Below, piece by piece: positions 15,501 through 28,698 of a stretch of DNA of 64,000 nt. The position numbers and the translations under genes were made by a program. The stretch lies in contig CM022665.1 of assembly GCA_012295275.1 (NCBI GenBank), positions 48,112,001 to 48,176,000 of the forward strand, in the 5' to 3' direction. Origin of the DNA: Chrysomallon squamiferum (lineage: Eukaryota > Animalia > Mollusca). The notes beneath the pieces are model-generated. The model did no database searches, was not told the origin of the DNA, and worked only from the letters and a program-made list of their open reading frames with translations. Each line of letters opens with the position of its first letter. Positions within the stretch are counted from its first letter, which is position 1.

Positions 15501-18500
15501 ACCTCTCTATAACCACCTGACAGCTTACTGGAATACAGGGGTGGCCTTAAACCACAGGTACTGTGAAATGGAAGGCCTGGGTCATTACCATAAAGACTTG
15601 TTTCACAGTACTTAATTTAAAATTTAAAAATATAAATTAAAAATATAATTTACAAAACAACTAATTATAAAAAATAACAATAATAACATATTATTTTTTT
15701 ATACAATTAATTCTATATAACTATATTAAGTATTTAGAAGAATCAAGTCTTTATGATATACAAATATTTCACACACTGATAAACAAACAAAATAAAAAAA
15801 AAATATATATATATATATATATATTCATCTTAAACATAACAATTTTACCACCCTGTTACAATTTACTTTCACTTTAGAATACTTCATTATTTATTTAAGT
15901 ATCACTTTATGTCTCACTAAATTAGGCAACAAGAAAAAAACCCACCACCACCACTGAAAACCTGCAGAAAACCTATACAGACCAACCAACCAACCGTGAC
16001 GTGTTTTGTAAAAATGATTTTGTTTTTTTCTCCCCCTGGTCGTTGTGGGTTAGGATATTAGAAAGATTAACCTACCCGACCGGTTAGTGTCTACACAACA
16101 GTGACGTCGCACAGTGCTGCAGGCCGACTGCGCCCGGCGCTGAGGTCGCACATAGTCCCAGTCGGAGCCGGTGGGGGAGCGGCGCGGCAGGGCGCTATGT
16201 GACGACGACCGCTTCGGGCGTTCCAGCGGCTGGCATATGTCACGCGGGGTGCGGCTACCAAAGCCCAGATAATGACCACTCCCACCTGAACGTCCCGAGT
16301 TCTTCCACTGCTCGTAGCGAGCCACGCGTTGAGATTTCTGTACTATTGTCTCCCTGCGAAGCTGAAAACACACAACACAACACAACATTTAGTATATTTA
16401 GTACATTTAGTATATTTAGTATTACATTTCTGTATATTTAGTGAAAACAACATTTAGTATATTTAGTACATTTAGTATATTTAGTATTACATTTCTGTAA
16501 TATTGTCTCCCTGCGAAGCTGAAAACACACAACACAACATTTAGTATATTTAGTATATTTAGTATATTTAGTACATTTAGTATATTTAGTATTACATTTC
16601 TGTACTATTGTCTCCCTGCGAAGCTGAAAACACACAACAAAATTTAGTATATTTAGTACATTTAGTATATTTAGTATTACATTTCATTTAGAAAACACAC
16701 ATTTATTTTTAGTATTTAGTATATTTAGTATTACATTTCTGTAATATTGTCTCCCTCTTGAAGCTGAAAACACACAACACAATTATTTAGTATATTTAGT
16801 ATATTTAGTACATTTAGTATATTCAAAACACACAACACAACATTTAGTATATTTAGTATTACATTTCTGTACTATTGTCTCCCTGTGAAGCTGAAAATAC
16901 AAACAGAATTCAGTATATTTAGTATATTTAATATTACATTTCTTTATTACATTCTCAGCTAAAACACAGAGTATATTTGTTTATATATTTAGTATATTTA
17001 ATTACAGGATACAAAACACACAACAAAACATTTAGTTTTTAGTATATTTAGTACTTTAGTAATATTTTTCTGTATATTCAACTTCAGATAAAACACAAAA
17101 TGACAAACATTTAGTATATTTAGTACATTTAGTATATTTAACAGGAAAAACATTTCTGTACATCTCCCTGTGAAGTAAAACACAACACTATATTTATTAT
17201 TTAGTACATCTAATTCAGTATTTATTACAAGCTAATTCTTCTGTTTTTATGCATTAATTACAGGATACAAATACACCTCTTTTCTGTTAGCACTGAAATA
17301 TTTCATATTCAACTTCAGATAGACTCAAAATGACAATCACAGAGCACATGCTAGAACAGGAAAAACTTAACATTAAAGTATACTATATTTATTATGTCTT
17401 AATTACAGGATACAAAGCTACCTCTTCTGTGTTAGTGTTAGTACTAAGATATTTCACATTTAACTTTAGACAGACTGAACATAACACTGACACAGATAAT
17501 CATAGAGCACATTCAAGAACAGGAAAAACTTAACATCATAAGAAAGAAAGGGATCCAGTTTTCATCCCCTCTCTTAGTAAACATTCTACTCTGAGTTACA
17601 GACAGTTACAGTCTGCGTGTGTAACTACAACCAAATATAATCAATACAACAAAAAACCGTGCTGTCTATGAAAACAGCTGTGGAAACAGCTTAACCATCA
17701 TTTTATCCATTTAAAGCAGGCACTGTTATCATCAAACTGTGGAATGCCACACAAAGATATCAAAACCAACATTCACCTGGCTCTGTGACCTCATTATCTG
17801 ACCAGCCATGCACAACCAATTTACTGAGTAACTAATTAGTATTTAAGCTAAAAACAGTCTCGTAAACAACTTATCACAGGATTTTGTGAGAACAGAATCC
17901 TGCCAGTCCTGTTTTCAAATTAAAACTTAAATCTACATTTAAAATCAATCATCTCTAATGTGCAGATACATTTTTAATTTATGAAATTAAATAAAATATT
18001 TTAATTAATAAAGTAACAGTATTCTATAATCAGATAAATTGTGCACTGTAACTGTAAATAATTACAATAAATTTAGCACTTTGCAAACAAATTTGTTGTT
18101 ATTTTTACCTCTAAAAGGTTTATAAGTATTTTGTTATCTACAACTGAGCTACCTGTGTCTGCTCAATTAATGAATGCCAGTTTAACAGGACGCATCAGAT
18201 ATCTGTGTTGTTATTCAAAATATGAGTCATATCTGATTCTTCTCCAGCTGTTAACATATTTCACATCTAGTATTTCTAATATTTACCATTTAGTATTTCT
18301 AATATTTATCACCTAGTATTTGTAACATTTATAATCTAGTATTTCTAGTATTTATTGTCTAATATTTCTAAAATTTGTCATCTAGTATTTCTAACATTTA
18401 TCATCTAGTATTTCTAACATTTATTTTCTAATATTTATTGGCTAAAATTTGTCATCTAGTGTTTCTAACATTTATCATCTAGTATTTCTAACACATCATC

Positions 18501-20737
18501 TAGCATTTCTAGTATTTATTGACTAGTATTTCTAGTATTTAGTGACTAGTGTTTCTAGTATTTATTGACTAGTATTTCTAGTATTTATTGACTAGTGTTT
18601 CTAGTATTTATTGACTAGTATTTCTAGTATTTATTGACTAGTGTTTCTAGTATTTCTAATTGAATACTCAAAGTAACAAACCCGTTCCTGTTCTTCCTGC
18701 TGTCTTCTTCTGTCTTCCACTGCCATCCTTCTCTCAATCTCACGACGTCGCATTTCCTCCATCTTGTGTCTCCTCAGCTCAAGCTGACGTTCTCTGTTCT
18801 CCTGGGCAATCCTCTGCTGCTCCTTCAGCTCCTCAAACTTTCTCTTCCTCTCCTGTTCCATGCGCTCTCGCGTGATTCGAACTCGCTCCTCTCTCTCCTT
18901 CTCCTTCTCTCTGCGAGCCGGGTCTGCGAACAACATCACGTTTAATACTCAGTCCTTTCACAACACACATGTATACACACAAACACACATATACACACAA
19001 ACACACATATATACACACAAACACACATATATACACTACTACTACTACTACTGAACTCTTAGTTCTTACAGTATTAAACATATATACACACAAACACACA
19101 CATATACACACAAACACACATATATACACTACTACTACTACTACTGAATTCTTAGTTCTTACAGTATTAAATACATATACACACAAACACATACTACTGA
19201 ACAACTCTTAGTTCTTACAGTATTAAACATATATACACACAAACATACACATATACACTACTACTACTACTACTGAACTCTTAGTTCTTATAGTATTAAA
19301 CATATATACACACAAACACACTACTACTACTACTGAACAACTCTCAGTTCTTACAGTATTACTATCTCACCATTACATTTATCTTAACAGTGAAAAAGTT
19401 TTTCCATGTTTACATTTACAAAAAATGCTATCATACACATGTCAACATTAAACAACTCTACCACACTGATATTTACAAAATTACTAAATGAATAATTAAG
19501 ATGTTACACTTAGAAAATTACTAAGATATATATGTCAGTAATAAACAACTCTACCACACTGATATTTACAAAATTACTAAATGAATAATTAACAGTTTAC
19601 ATTTACCAAATAACTAAATGAATAATGAACAAATTTACATTTACAAACTAACTAATGTACATTTTAATAAACAACTCTAACATCATTACACATACAAACT
19701 CACTGTCCAATCTGACCTGAACAACTGTAACTTTTTACATTTACAAAATTACTATCACATAATTATACTTTAATAATGAAAATATTTACATATCTTATAC
19801 TATCTTATACATTTTAACAATAAACAAGCTCATCAGTTTTACATTCCAATGTAAATTTCAACAACAAACAACCCCACACAACTACATTTACAAAATTACT
19901 GACAAACAAATTACAACAATGAACAAATTATTTACAAAAAATTATAACCACAGGCATCAACTCTACTATATTTACATTTACAAAATTATCACACACGAAG
20001 GTCTACATTTACAAAGTTACTGTTAAATGTATCTTCGTAAACAGCTTATCTTTTTCCGAAATGAACAATTAGAGAATTTCTTTTCAGGTTAGAATGAGAG
20101 AGAGTCTGGCCTCTTAGATGATAACAAATTTGTTTCACTTATGTCTTACAGCAATAAAGCACAAAACTAGCATGATGAGGACCAGACCATTAGTAAATGT
20201 AAATTATAGAATAGAGTTAGTTACCTTTTCCTCTGTACCGAGGACTCGTAGAGGACCGGCCAGAGTTAATGTACATTATAGAGTTACCTTTTCCTTTGTG
20301 AGGACTCGTTGAGGACCGGCCTCTGGCTGACGCTGGCTGGCTGTCTGTCTGGCTGCCCCGACAGCTCTCTCCAGACACTCCTGACAGTCGTGTGTCCACC
20401 GACTGACAGTCTGTGGCTCGTGGACTGTCCATGCTAACAGAGCGTGGACTATCCAATCCCGATGTCATTCGCCTGGCGCTTGCATCACCTGCTGGACCAA
20501 TGATTATACTGGGCGGAGTGGACTCACCAGTGTGGTCACCACTCATAGACATCGTCGTAGTAGCCGACCTCACATCATTGCTGGTCAGCTGGTCAGCGTG
20601 TTTGTAATCACTGCTAGCCACTGGACATTTTTCACGATATTGTGTATCTGAAAAAATTAAAACACGTTATTGACAATTTGTGATAATATCAACATTTCTA
20701 TCCTGGATATGACAGATAGACAGACAGACAGACAGAC

Positions 20738-20806
<69 letters not shown>

Positions 20807-21534
20807 AATTTTTATAAAAATGTCTACAGTAATGCAAATATAAAATTACAAGATACTGTAAGCTTTATGATTTATCTGTCTAAAATGTGAAAATAAACAT
20901 ATATGCTAACGTGATATGTTCATACGTAGCAAAGTTACAATAAAACAATGATGTGAAACTATTTAATATGAACTGTTGACCACTTTCACTGTGACAGGTA
21001 GGTTACGACATGTATGTGACAATGGTGTGATACTGCTGACAGAACACGTCAGAGTGTATGAAATTATATATAATTAACAAGTCAATAATCAGACACAGCC
21101 GATGTCCCTCGAACAACAAACATGAGTGAAAAACTCAGAAATACAATTACAAAATTTTCAGTAAGCAGGAAATACCATGGAAATTGTCCTCATAATACAA
21201 GTTACAAACATTCAGTACAATACACATCATTAATAATTACACAATACACATTCTCATAAACACACAATACACATTATAACAATACTGATTATAACACACA
21301 GATAACACATCAGTATTAATTTAACAGAATAAACCATAATAAACATACAGATATGCACATTATCATAATCACATAACAAGTAGAGATCAGATACACTGTT
21401 ACACAGGAACTGGTGGTGTTTTTCCAACTACTGATACAAAGATTAAACTAATGATAATCTCTGTACAAACTCATCTTGTGAACTGGAAACACAGGACACA
21501 AGTCATTTAGATTCTTTTAAATTACTGCTTGTAA

Positions 21535-21575
<41 letters not shown>

Positions 21576-24500
21576 TGTGTATGAAAGAGAGAATGCATGT
21601 GCATGTGCATGTGCTACTTCCAGAGTACAAGTAACGTATTAAAATGCACATTACTTGAAGTTTGTCAATAAACAAATTAAAAACTGTCCCAGGTAAATAA
21701 CATAACTGACATGAAAAAAAAAAAAAAAAAAAGGCATGAAAATAAAACTGATATGAAACATACAAACAAATATAACTGGTATGAAACACACAAACAAATA
21801 TAATTGGTATGAAACAAAAAAATATAATTGGTATCAAACACAAATAAATATAACTGGTATCAAACACATAAACAAATATAAATGGCATGAAACACATAAA
21901 CAAATATAACTGGTATTAAAGACAAAACAAATATAACTGGTATCAAACACAAACAGATAACTGAAAAGAAAACATGTTCTACCTGTCAGTAACACAGGTA
22001 ATTGTTTCAGCTCAAATCCTGCCTAGAAGAATTGATCCCTAGCCAGTAGGAAGACATCGCTATGACAACAAGAAGCTGTATCAATGCGATAATCTCTGAA
22101 TAAAGAGTTTTTCACAAATTACAGAACTCATTACATTAACAGTCATTATGAAAATGTTTCATACACTTGAATGGACGTATCGACCAGGGAAATGTGTGCG
22201 TGCTCTGTAATCTTCAAACTGTTTACCTCGTTCTGTCATTTCACAGAGCAAAGCAAACTAAAAACTGTCATTAGAGATAAAAACGTGCTTGGCATATAAT
22301 AGAGTGTAATCCTTTTTTATTGTTTATTTATGCTGACATTTTCAAAGTGTTTACCTTCATCCAAATATGAAAATTTGTGATACACTTAATATACATAGTA
22401 TACATCTGAGACAGTTTGTCCAGCATTGTGATTTCAGATAAATAATTAAAAAAATAACCGACTGATTCCTGTAAAAAGATGTTAAAACTATAAATATGAT
22501 AGATTCCTATATATAAAGAGATGTATTACGTATATAGAGATGTGAAACTATAAACATAACAGATTCCTATATATAAATAATGAATAAATGTGAGATTACA
22601 AATTAAAAAATTAAAAAAAAAAAACATTGACCTCTGTAAGCACACAGGTAAAACATCAGTTACCTGAACCCAATGAGAAAAACATCACAGAACCAGCAGT
22701 TTAATGTTCTGAAAACATGTGAGGTGAAGGTGTCACAGTTTCACAAACACATTTACATAAAAACATAACCTGACAATAATATTGATATCTACTCAAGCCT
22801 GCATCTGATGAAACAGTCCTGAACAATTCTTTGTTTAATAAAATCGACAGTGCACGGACTGTGGAATACTGACACTTACAAACTGTTTTGTGCACAGGCT
22901 GGTGGAAAGTCATTTTACAGTAAGTAATAAATAAATCAGGATGGAAAACAGACAAGAGAATATGTTTGTGTGGAAAGAAAAATCAATAAAAACAGTACAA
23001 ACTGACCTTGCCTACATGACACAACACAACAAGATAAATACCACTTGTGTAGCGCCAGCAAACACAAAACCTGGAAGATTAAAACACAGAACTCTTTCAA
23101 GTTCACTCCACTAAGCAACACATTTCCTTACCTCGTCACAGAGTAACAACAACAACAACAACAACAACATCCAGCAAGCCGAGTGCCCTGATGAAAGTGT
23201 TCAGACGCAAGTGAAATATAGATTTTTACCTGAACCCAGCACTCGCTGAGTTGTTGGCAGCAATCTGCGGTGTACGGGAAGCACAGATGTACAGTCCTAT
23301 ATACATAACAATGACAAAGTCCCAACAAGCTGTCCAAAAGACCTTTGTCAGTGTTGCGTGAAGTATCTGCCAGCCTGTGACACCCGGTCAACACTTACAC
23401 ATGCTTCCTCGTAAGAAATAATACAAGTCATCGATTCAGCACCGTCTTTGTGCCACACAAAGACACTTCCTCTGAATAAAGGTCATTTCATTTTAATTTA
23501 TAAAAATATAAAACCAATAACTACTATTGTTGTTACCTGATACTCACCAACTTTGATGTGAAATGATGAAAGAAAAATATCTGATTGCGATACATGCAAA
23601 AAATTTAATAATTTAATTTATCAAAACAAATGAAATATTAATTCTTTAATTTTATAATATAAACAAATTCCCTCAATTTTATAAAATAATTCTTTTATGT
23701 ATTAAATTTTGTTATCATCTTACATAAAATTATGTCAACTCTTTAAAACTGCAGTTAAAAATAAATTTAAAATAATTTAAAAAATAAAAACAGACTTAGA
23801 AACCGAACAATTCTTACAGTTCAGCTACTGCTAGAAATTACTCAAGGATTTCAAAATTGATTCTATTTTAAAAACTGACTGTAAAATGAAAACATTATTC
23901 ACAAAGAAAGTTTTAAACAGTAATGAGATTTTTAATCTATGGCTGAATCACAACGTGCTCTAGAATTAGACACACAATGGCTAGAAAGAAACTGTACAGT
24001 TGTTTATTAGCATCAGAGGAATTTTTAGTCATCTTCCCAAAGCCATAAACTAGAGCAAGTGATAAACTAATCAGAAGATGCTGACAAATATTCTGACAGG
24101 AGATTTGATCCTGTGTCCTGTCAGAAGAATCACTGACAGAACTAAGAAATAGCCTGCAAGTGATAAACTAATCAGAAGATGCTGACAAATATTCTGACAG
24201 GAGATTTGATCCTGTGTCCTGTCAGAAGAATCACTGACAGAACTAAGAAATAGCCTGACAGGAGATTTGATCCTGTGTCCTATCAGAAGAATCACTGACA
24301 GAACTAAGAAATATTCTGACAGGAGATTTGATCCTGTGTCCTGTCAGAAGAATCATTGACAGAACTAAGAAATAGCCTGAAAGGAGATTTGATCCTGTGT
24401 CCTGTCAGAAGAATGACTGACAACTAAGAAATAGCCTGAAAGGAGATTTGATCCTGTGTCCTGTCAGAAGAATCACTGACAGAACTAAGAAATATTCTGA

Positions 24501-27500
24501 CAGGAGATTTGATCCTGTGTCCTGTCAGACGAATGACTGACTGAACTAAGAAATAGCCTGAAAGGAGATTTGATCCTGTGTCCTGTCAGAAGAATCACTG
24601 ATAGAACTAAGAAATAGCCTGACAGGAGATTTGATCCTGTGTCCTGTCAGAAGAATCACTGACAGAACTAAGAAATAGCCTGAAAGGAGATTTGATCCTG
24701 TGTCCTGTCAGAAGAATCACTGACAGAACTAAGAAATAGCCTGACAGGAGATTTGATCCTGTGTCCTGTCAGAAGAATCACTGACAGAACTAAGAAATAG
24801 CCTGTCAGGATATTCGATCCTGTGTCCTGTCAGAAGAATCACTGACAGAACTAAGAAATAGCCTGTCAGGAGATTTGATCCTGTGTCCTGTCAGAAGAAT
24901 CACTGATAGAACTAAGAAATAGCCTGACAGGAGATTTGATCCTGTGTCCTGTCAGAAGAATCACTGATAGAACTAAGAAATAGCTTGACAGGATATTCGA
25001 TCCTGTGTCCTATCAGAAGAATCACTGATAGAACTAAGAAATAGCCTGTCAGGATATTTGATCCTGTGTCCTGTCAGAAGAATCACTGACAGAACTAAGA
25101 AATAGCCTGACAGGATATTTGATCCTGTGTCCTGTCAGAAGAATCACTGACAGAACTAAGAAATAGCCTGACAGGAGATTTGATCCTGTGTCCTGTCAGA
25201 AGAATCACTGACAGAACTAAGAAATAGCCTGACAGGAGATTTGATCCTGTGTCCTTTCATTCTCTAGAAATAGCCTGTCATCCTGTGTCCTATCAAATAA
25301 TCACATAGACTGCTCCTGACATTTTTTTTCCTTTCATTCTCTAGTCACAGTTGTGTCATTTCATCTTGTAATACCTGTTTACAAGCTTTTAATCTATGAC
25401 AACTGCTGCATCCAGGTCTAACCTTTACATATATCATTTTTACACACTTACATTTCTTCTCATACAGTTTGCCCAAGTACACACTTAACTTTTAAAATCA
25501 GTTATTAAAAAGCATGTTTTAAAAGTTGTATCTATGGTACACACAGCGTATACATTAACAGGGTTCATATTTTAGCACATCAACTCAACTGTCTTGTTGC
25601 CCTCCTTACTTGCCTTAATGCCTCAAAATCTGAAAGATATCTTCAGCAATAAAGCTTCATGCCCATCACATAAACTATCTTGTTTCACTGACCCTGTCCA
25701 ATAAAAACTGTGAAAACAGACGCATTTCTTGACATTTTTCTTTAATATTTTAAACAGAACAATTCCCAAATGTGAGACAGCATCACAGACTCAGACATAC
25801 TGGGTAATCACACAATGCTTCATCAAATGAGTTCAGTGTTATGTTAATTATGTATCACTATAGTCTTTACGTACAAGTAATTGTTTTTATGTACAGGTAA
25901 TTCAAATAAAATTAGTTTCGATTAGATGTTGACCGCGATATAGCTACAACTTGTGACAACCTGAATAATTTCCTGGAAAACTTTATATAAATTAAGTTCC
26001 GGCATTCCAACAAAACTTGGTTCCCTAACATTTCTGATTAAACCCAAGACAAAACTAACAAAAGAAATAAAATTATATCCCCATTACAGTGTATTAATGT
26101 TTACTAATGGTAATAAATGCATCAAACCTTACAAAACTATAAAATAACATTTTAACAATTCAGTGTTTTAACATAACAAAGATGAAATACTTTTTATCTG
26201 ACCATTTGTCAATGGTCCCTCTGTCCTGCAAACATTATTCATTTTGTAATCATTATCATGCAGAATTTATTAGTGGTTGTGAAGGTCAAGGTAGATCATA
26301 AAAACATCTGTGTGTATCAGTTAACAGTGTTCTACATTTATTGTCTCCGTACCTACTGCAGCCCACCTCATGCATATTCATTAACAGATGCACCGCAATG
26401 GACATATATTAAATATTCATTTTCTAAATGCATGTCAGCTGAATTTAATGATTAAATATAGACTGAAAGAAACACTTATATTAAATATTCATATTGTAAA
26501 TGTATGTCAGCTGAATTTAACAATTAAATATGGACTGATAGAAACACTTATTTTCCAGTTTGATTTTAGGATGTATATAATACTAAAATTTATTTTGTGT
26601 GTGTGCATGTGTGCGTCTGCATGTGTGCTATAGAATCGGGTCTAAATTCCTGAAAAAAGGAGGTGAATCACCATGCAAGTTAAAATTAAATCTCCACGTC
26701 TGTAACTGTAAGTATCCACACTGCACGATAACACACAAAACTGTTTTCTGAGTAGTATAACTTCACCATATGTAAGCCTATAAATCTCAGTTCTACATTT
26801 CTTAACTATACATAAACATACATACATATACATAGCCAGAGATAGGTACAGATTTATATACATATAGACAGACTGATAGCCTCTGTTGTACATACAATTG
26901 TATCTCAGTTCTACATTTCTTAACTATACATAAACATACATACATATACATAGCCAGAGATAGGTACAGATTTATATACATATAGACAGACTGATAGCCT
27001 CTGTTGTACACACAGTTGTATCTCAGTTCTACATTTCTTAACTATATATAACCATACATACATGCCAGAGATATATAAATGTATAGATAGATAGATAGAC
27101 AGACAGATAGACAGATAGAAAGATTGATAGCCCCTGTTGTACATACCAATTGTATCTAACTGATTAACTGAGAGATTCTTGGTAAAGCACCTGTTGGTCA
27201 GCGGACAGAACATTGTTACCTGTACAGGTAAGAAAAGAAGAGCAACACGCCAGGTACACAGATACAAGTGTGTCAGTGGGTGGTGTACTGGTAACAGTAT
27301 CAGTGTCAGCTCACTGCCTCACGTTGTTTAGTTTACTCTCATGTTTCATCTTCTCACTCACCACTCATTTCAGTGAGTAACAGTGAGCACTGTAACATGC
27401 GAGTGGAATACAAAAATACACTCACACAGAGAGACAGACAGACACACACACACAAGTACTAGAATAAAGTCAAATACACATACATGTGTAATAATAAAGA

Positions 27501-28635
27501 AATATATATACACATACATACAAAGAGATAGACAAACACACAGACACACACAGAAACAGACAGACAGAAGTGCTAAAATAAAGACAAATATACATACACA
27601 AGTGTAATAATAATAAAGAAAAATCCACACACACAGGGGATATTGTACAGGAAAGACAAAAATACACACAAAGTGCAATCATGTACAAATGAAGACATAC
27701 ACTCTACCTATAGTCTAGGTAAAGACAAACACATACACACATATCATTGGTTTTCTATTTCTTAACATACCAGAATAAAACAGAAACAAATACATTACAA
27801 AACAAAAAAAATCTGTATCAGTTACAAAAAAAATAAAATAAAAATAAAAACAATGGTCTATTTTAAAGTACGTGACTGTGACTGAGTTATAAAAACACAC
27901 TATTTACATCTGCTGATGAAAAGGGTTGTCAAACCTGTGATACGTTGACAAGACAATTAAAAACATTTGTTTTCAACACACGACTATTAAACACAGCCGC
28001 ATGTGCAGTGATGAGTGAAATTTTGTCATTATGCAGTATGCACACTTAGTTAATTATCACTGTTCAAAACACGTACTCACTAATACACGTTTTAACATGT
28101 ACAAAATCTATGTGTATATTTTCACTAAGATATTTAATTTTCAAACGTTCTCAACAGCTGTTATCTTATGAAGATGAAGATTCTTAATTATATACAAAAA
28201 AAAAAAAAAAAAATAAGGTTCAGTCCACATTTCTGAACCTGTAGCAAATTTTCAAAAAATGTTTAAATGTACATGTGTGTTTAACACAAGTGTATTTGAA
28301 TACTAGAATAATTCATTAATAAAACTGAGAGATTCTGCAGATAAACATCCTGCTGCTGCTAATTAGTCTGCTGTGATGTTAAAAAACACAACACACAACA
28401 ACAACAACAACTCGTAAGTGGAATTCTTAATGAATATATTTATAAACTGTTCTGATGTATTCAGCAATTAAACATATTCCAATGACTAATATTAATCATA
28501 CAAGTTCATCACGATTCATTCAACTAGTATTAATCTAGCACAGTGCGGCTGTTTTTATTTTACTTTACTTATAATATTAATTATTATTAATTATTATTAT
28601 TTATTATTTATTATCATCATCATTATTATTATTAC

Positions 28636-28698
<63 letters not shown>

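Noticed and set aside
15519-15560. Candidate MAP7 cassette exon (ttcacag ... gtaagc, about 32 nt)
   Set aside because: Not a multiple of three and has an in-frame TAA in the required phase; the flanking exons already join in frame. Could only be a poison exon.
1980-20607. Plus-strand ORFs overlapping MAP7 exons (e.g. 1980-2339, 3517-3942, 7801-8127, 9829-10113, 20413-20607)
   Set aside because: Antisense shadows of the GC-richer coding exons.
24050-25295. CRISPR-like array of palindromic repeats
   Set aside because: No unique spacers between repeats, no cas genes, eukaryotic intron context.
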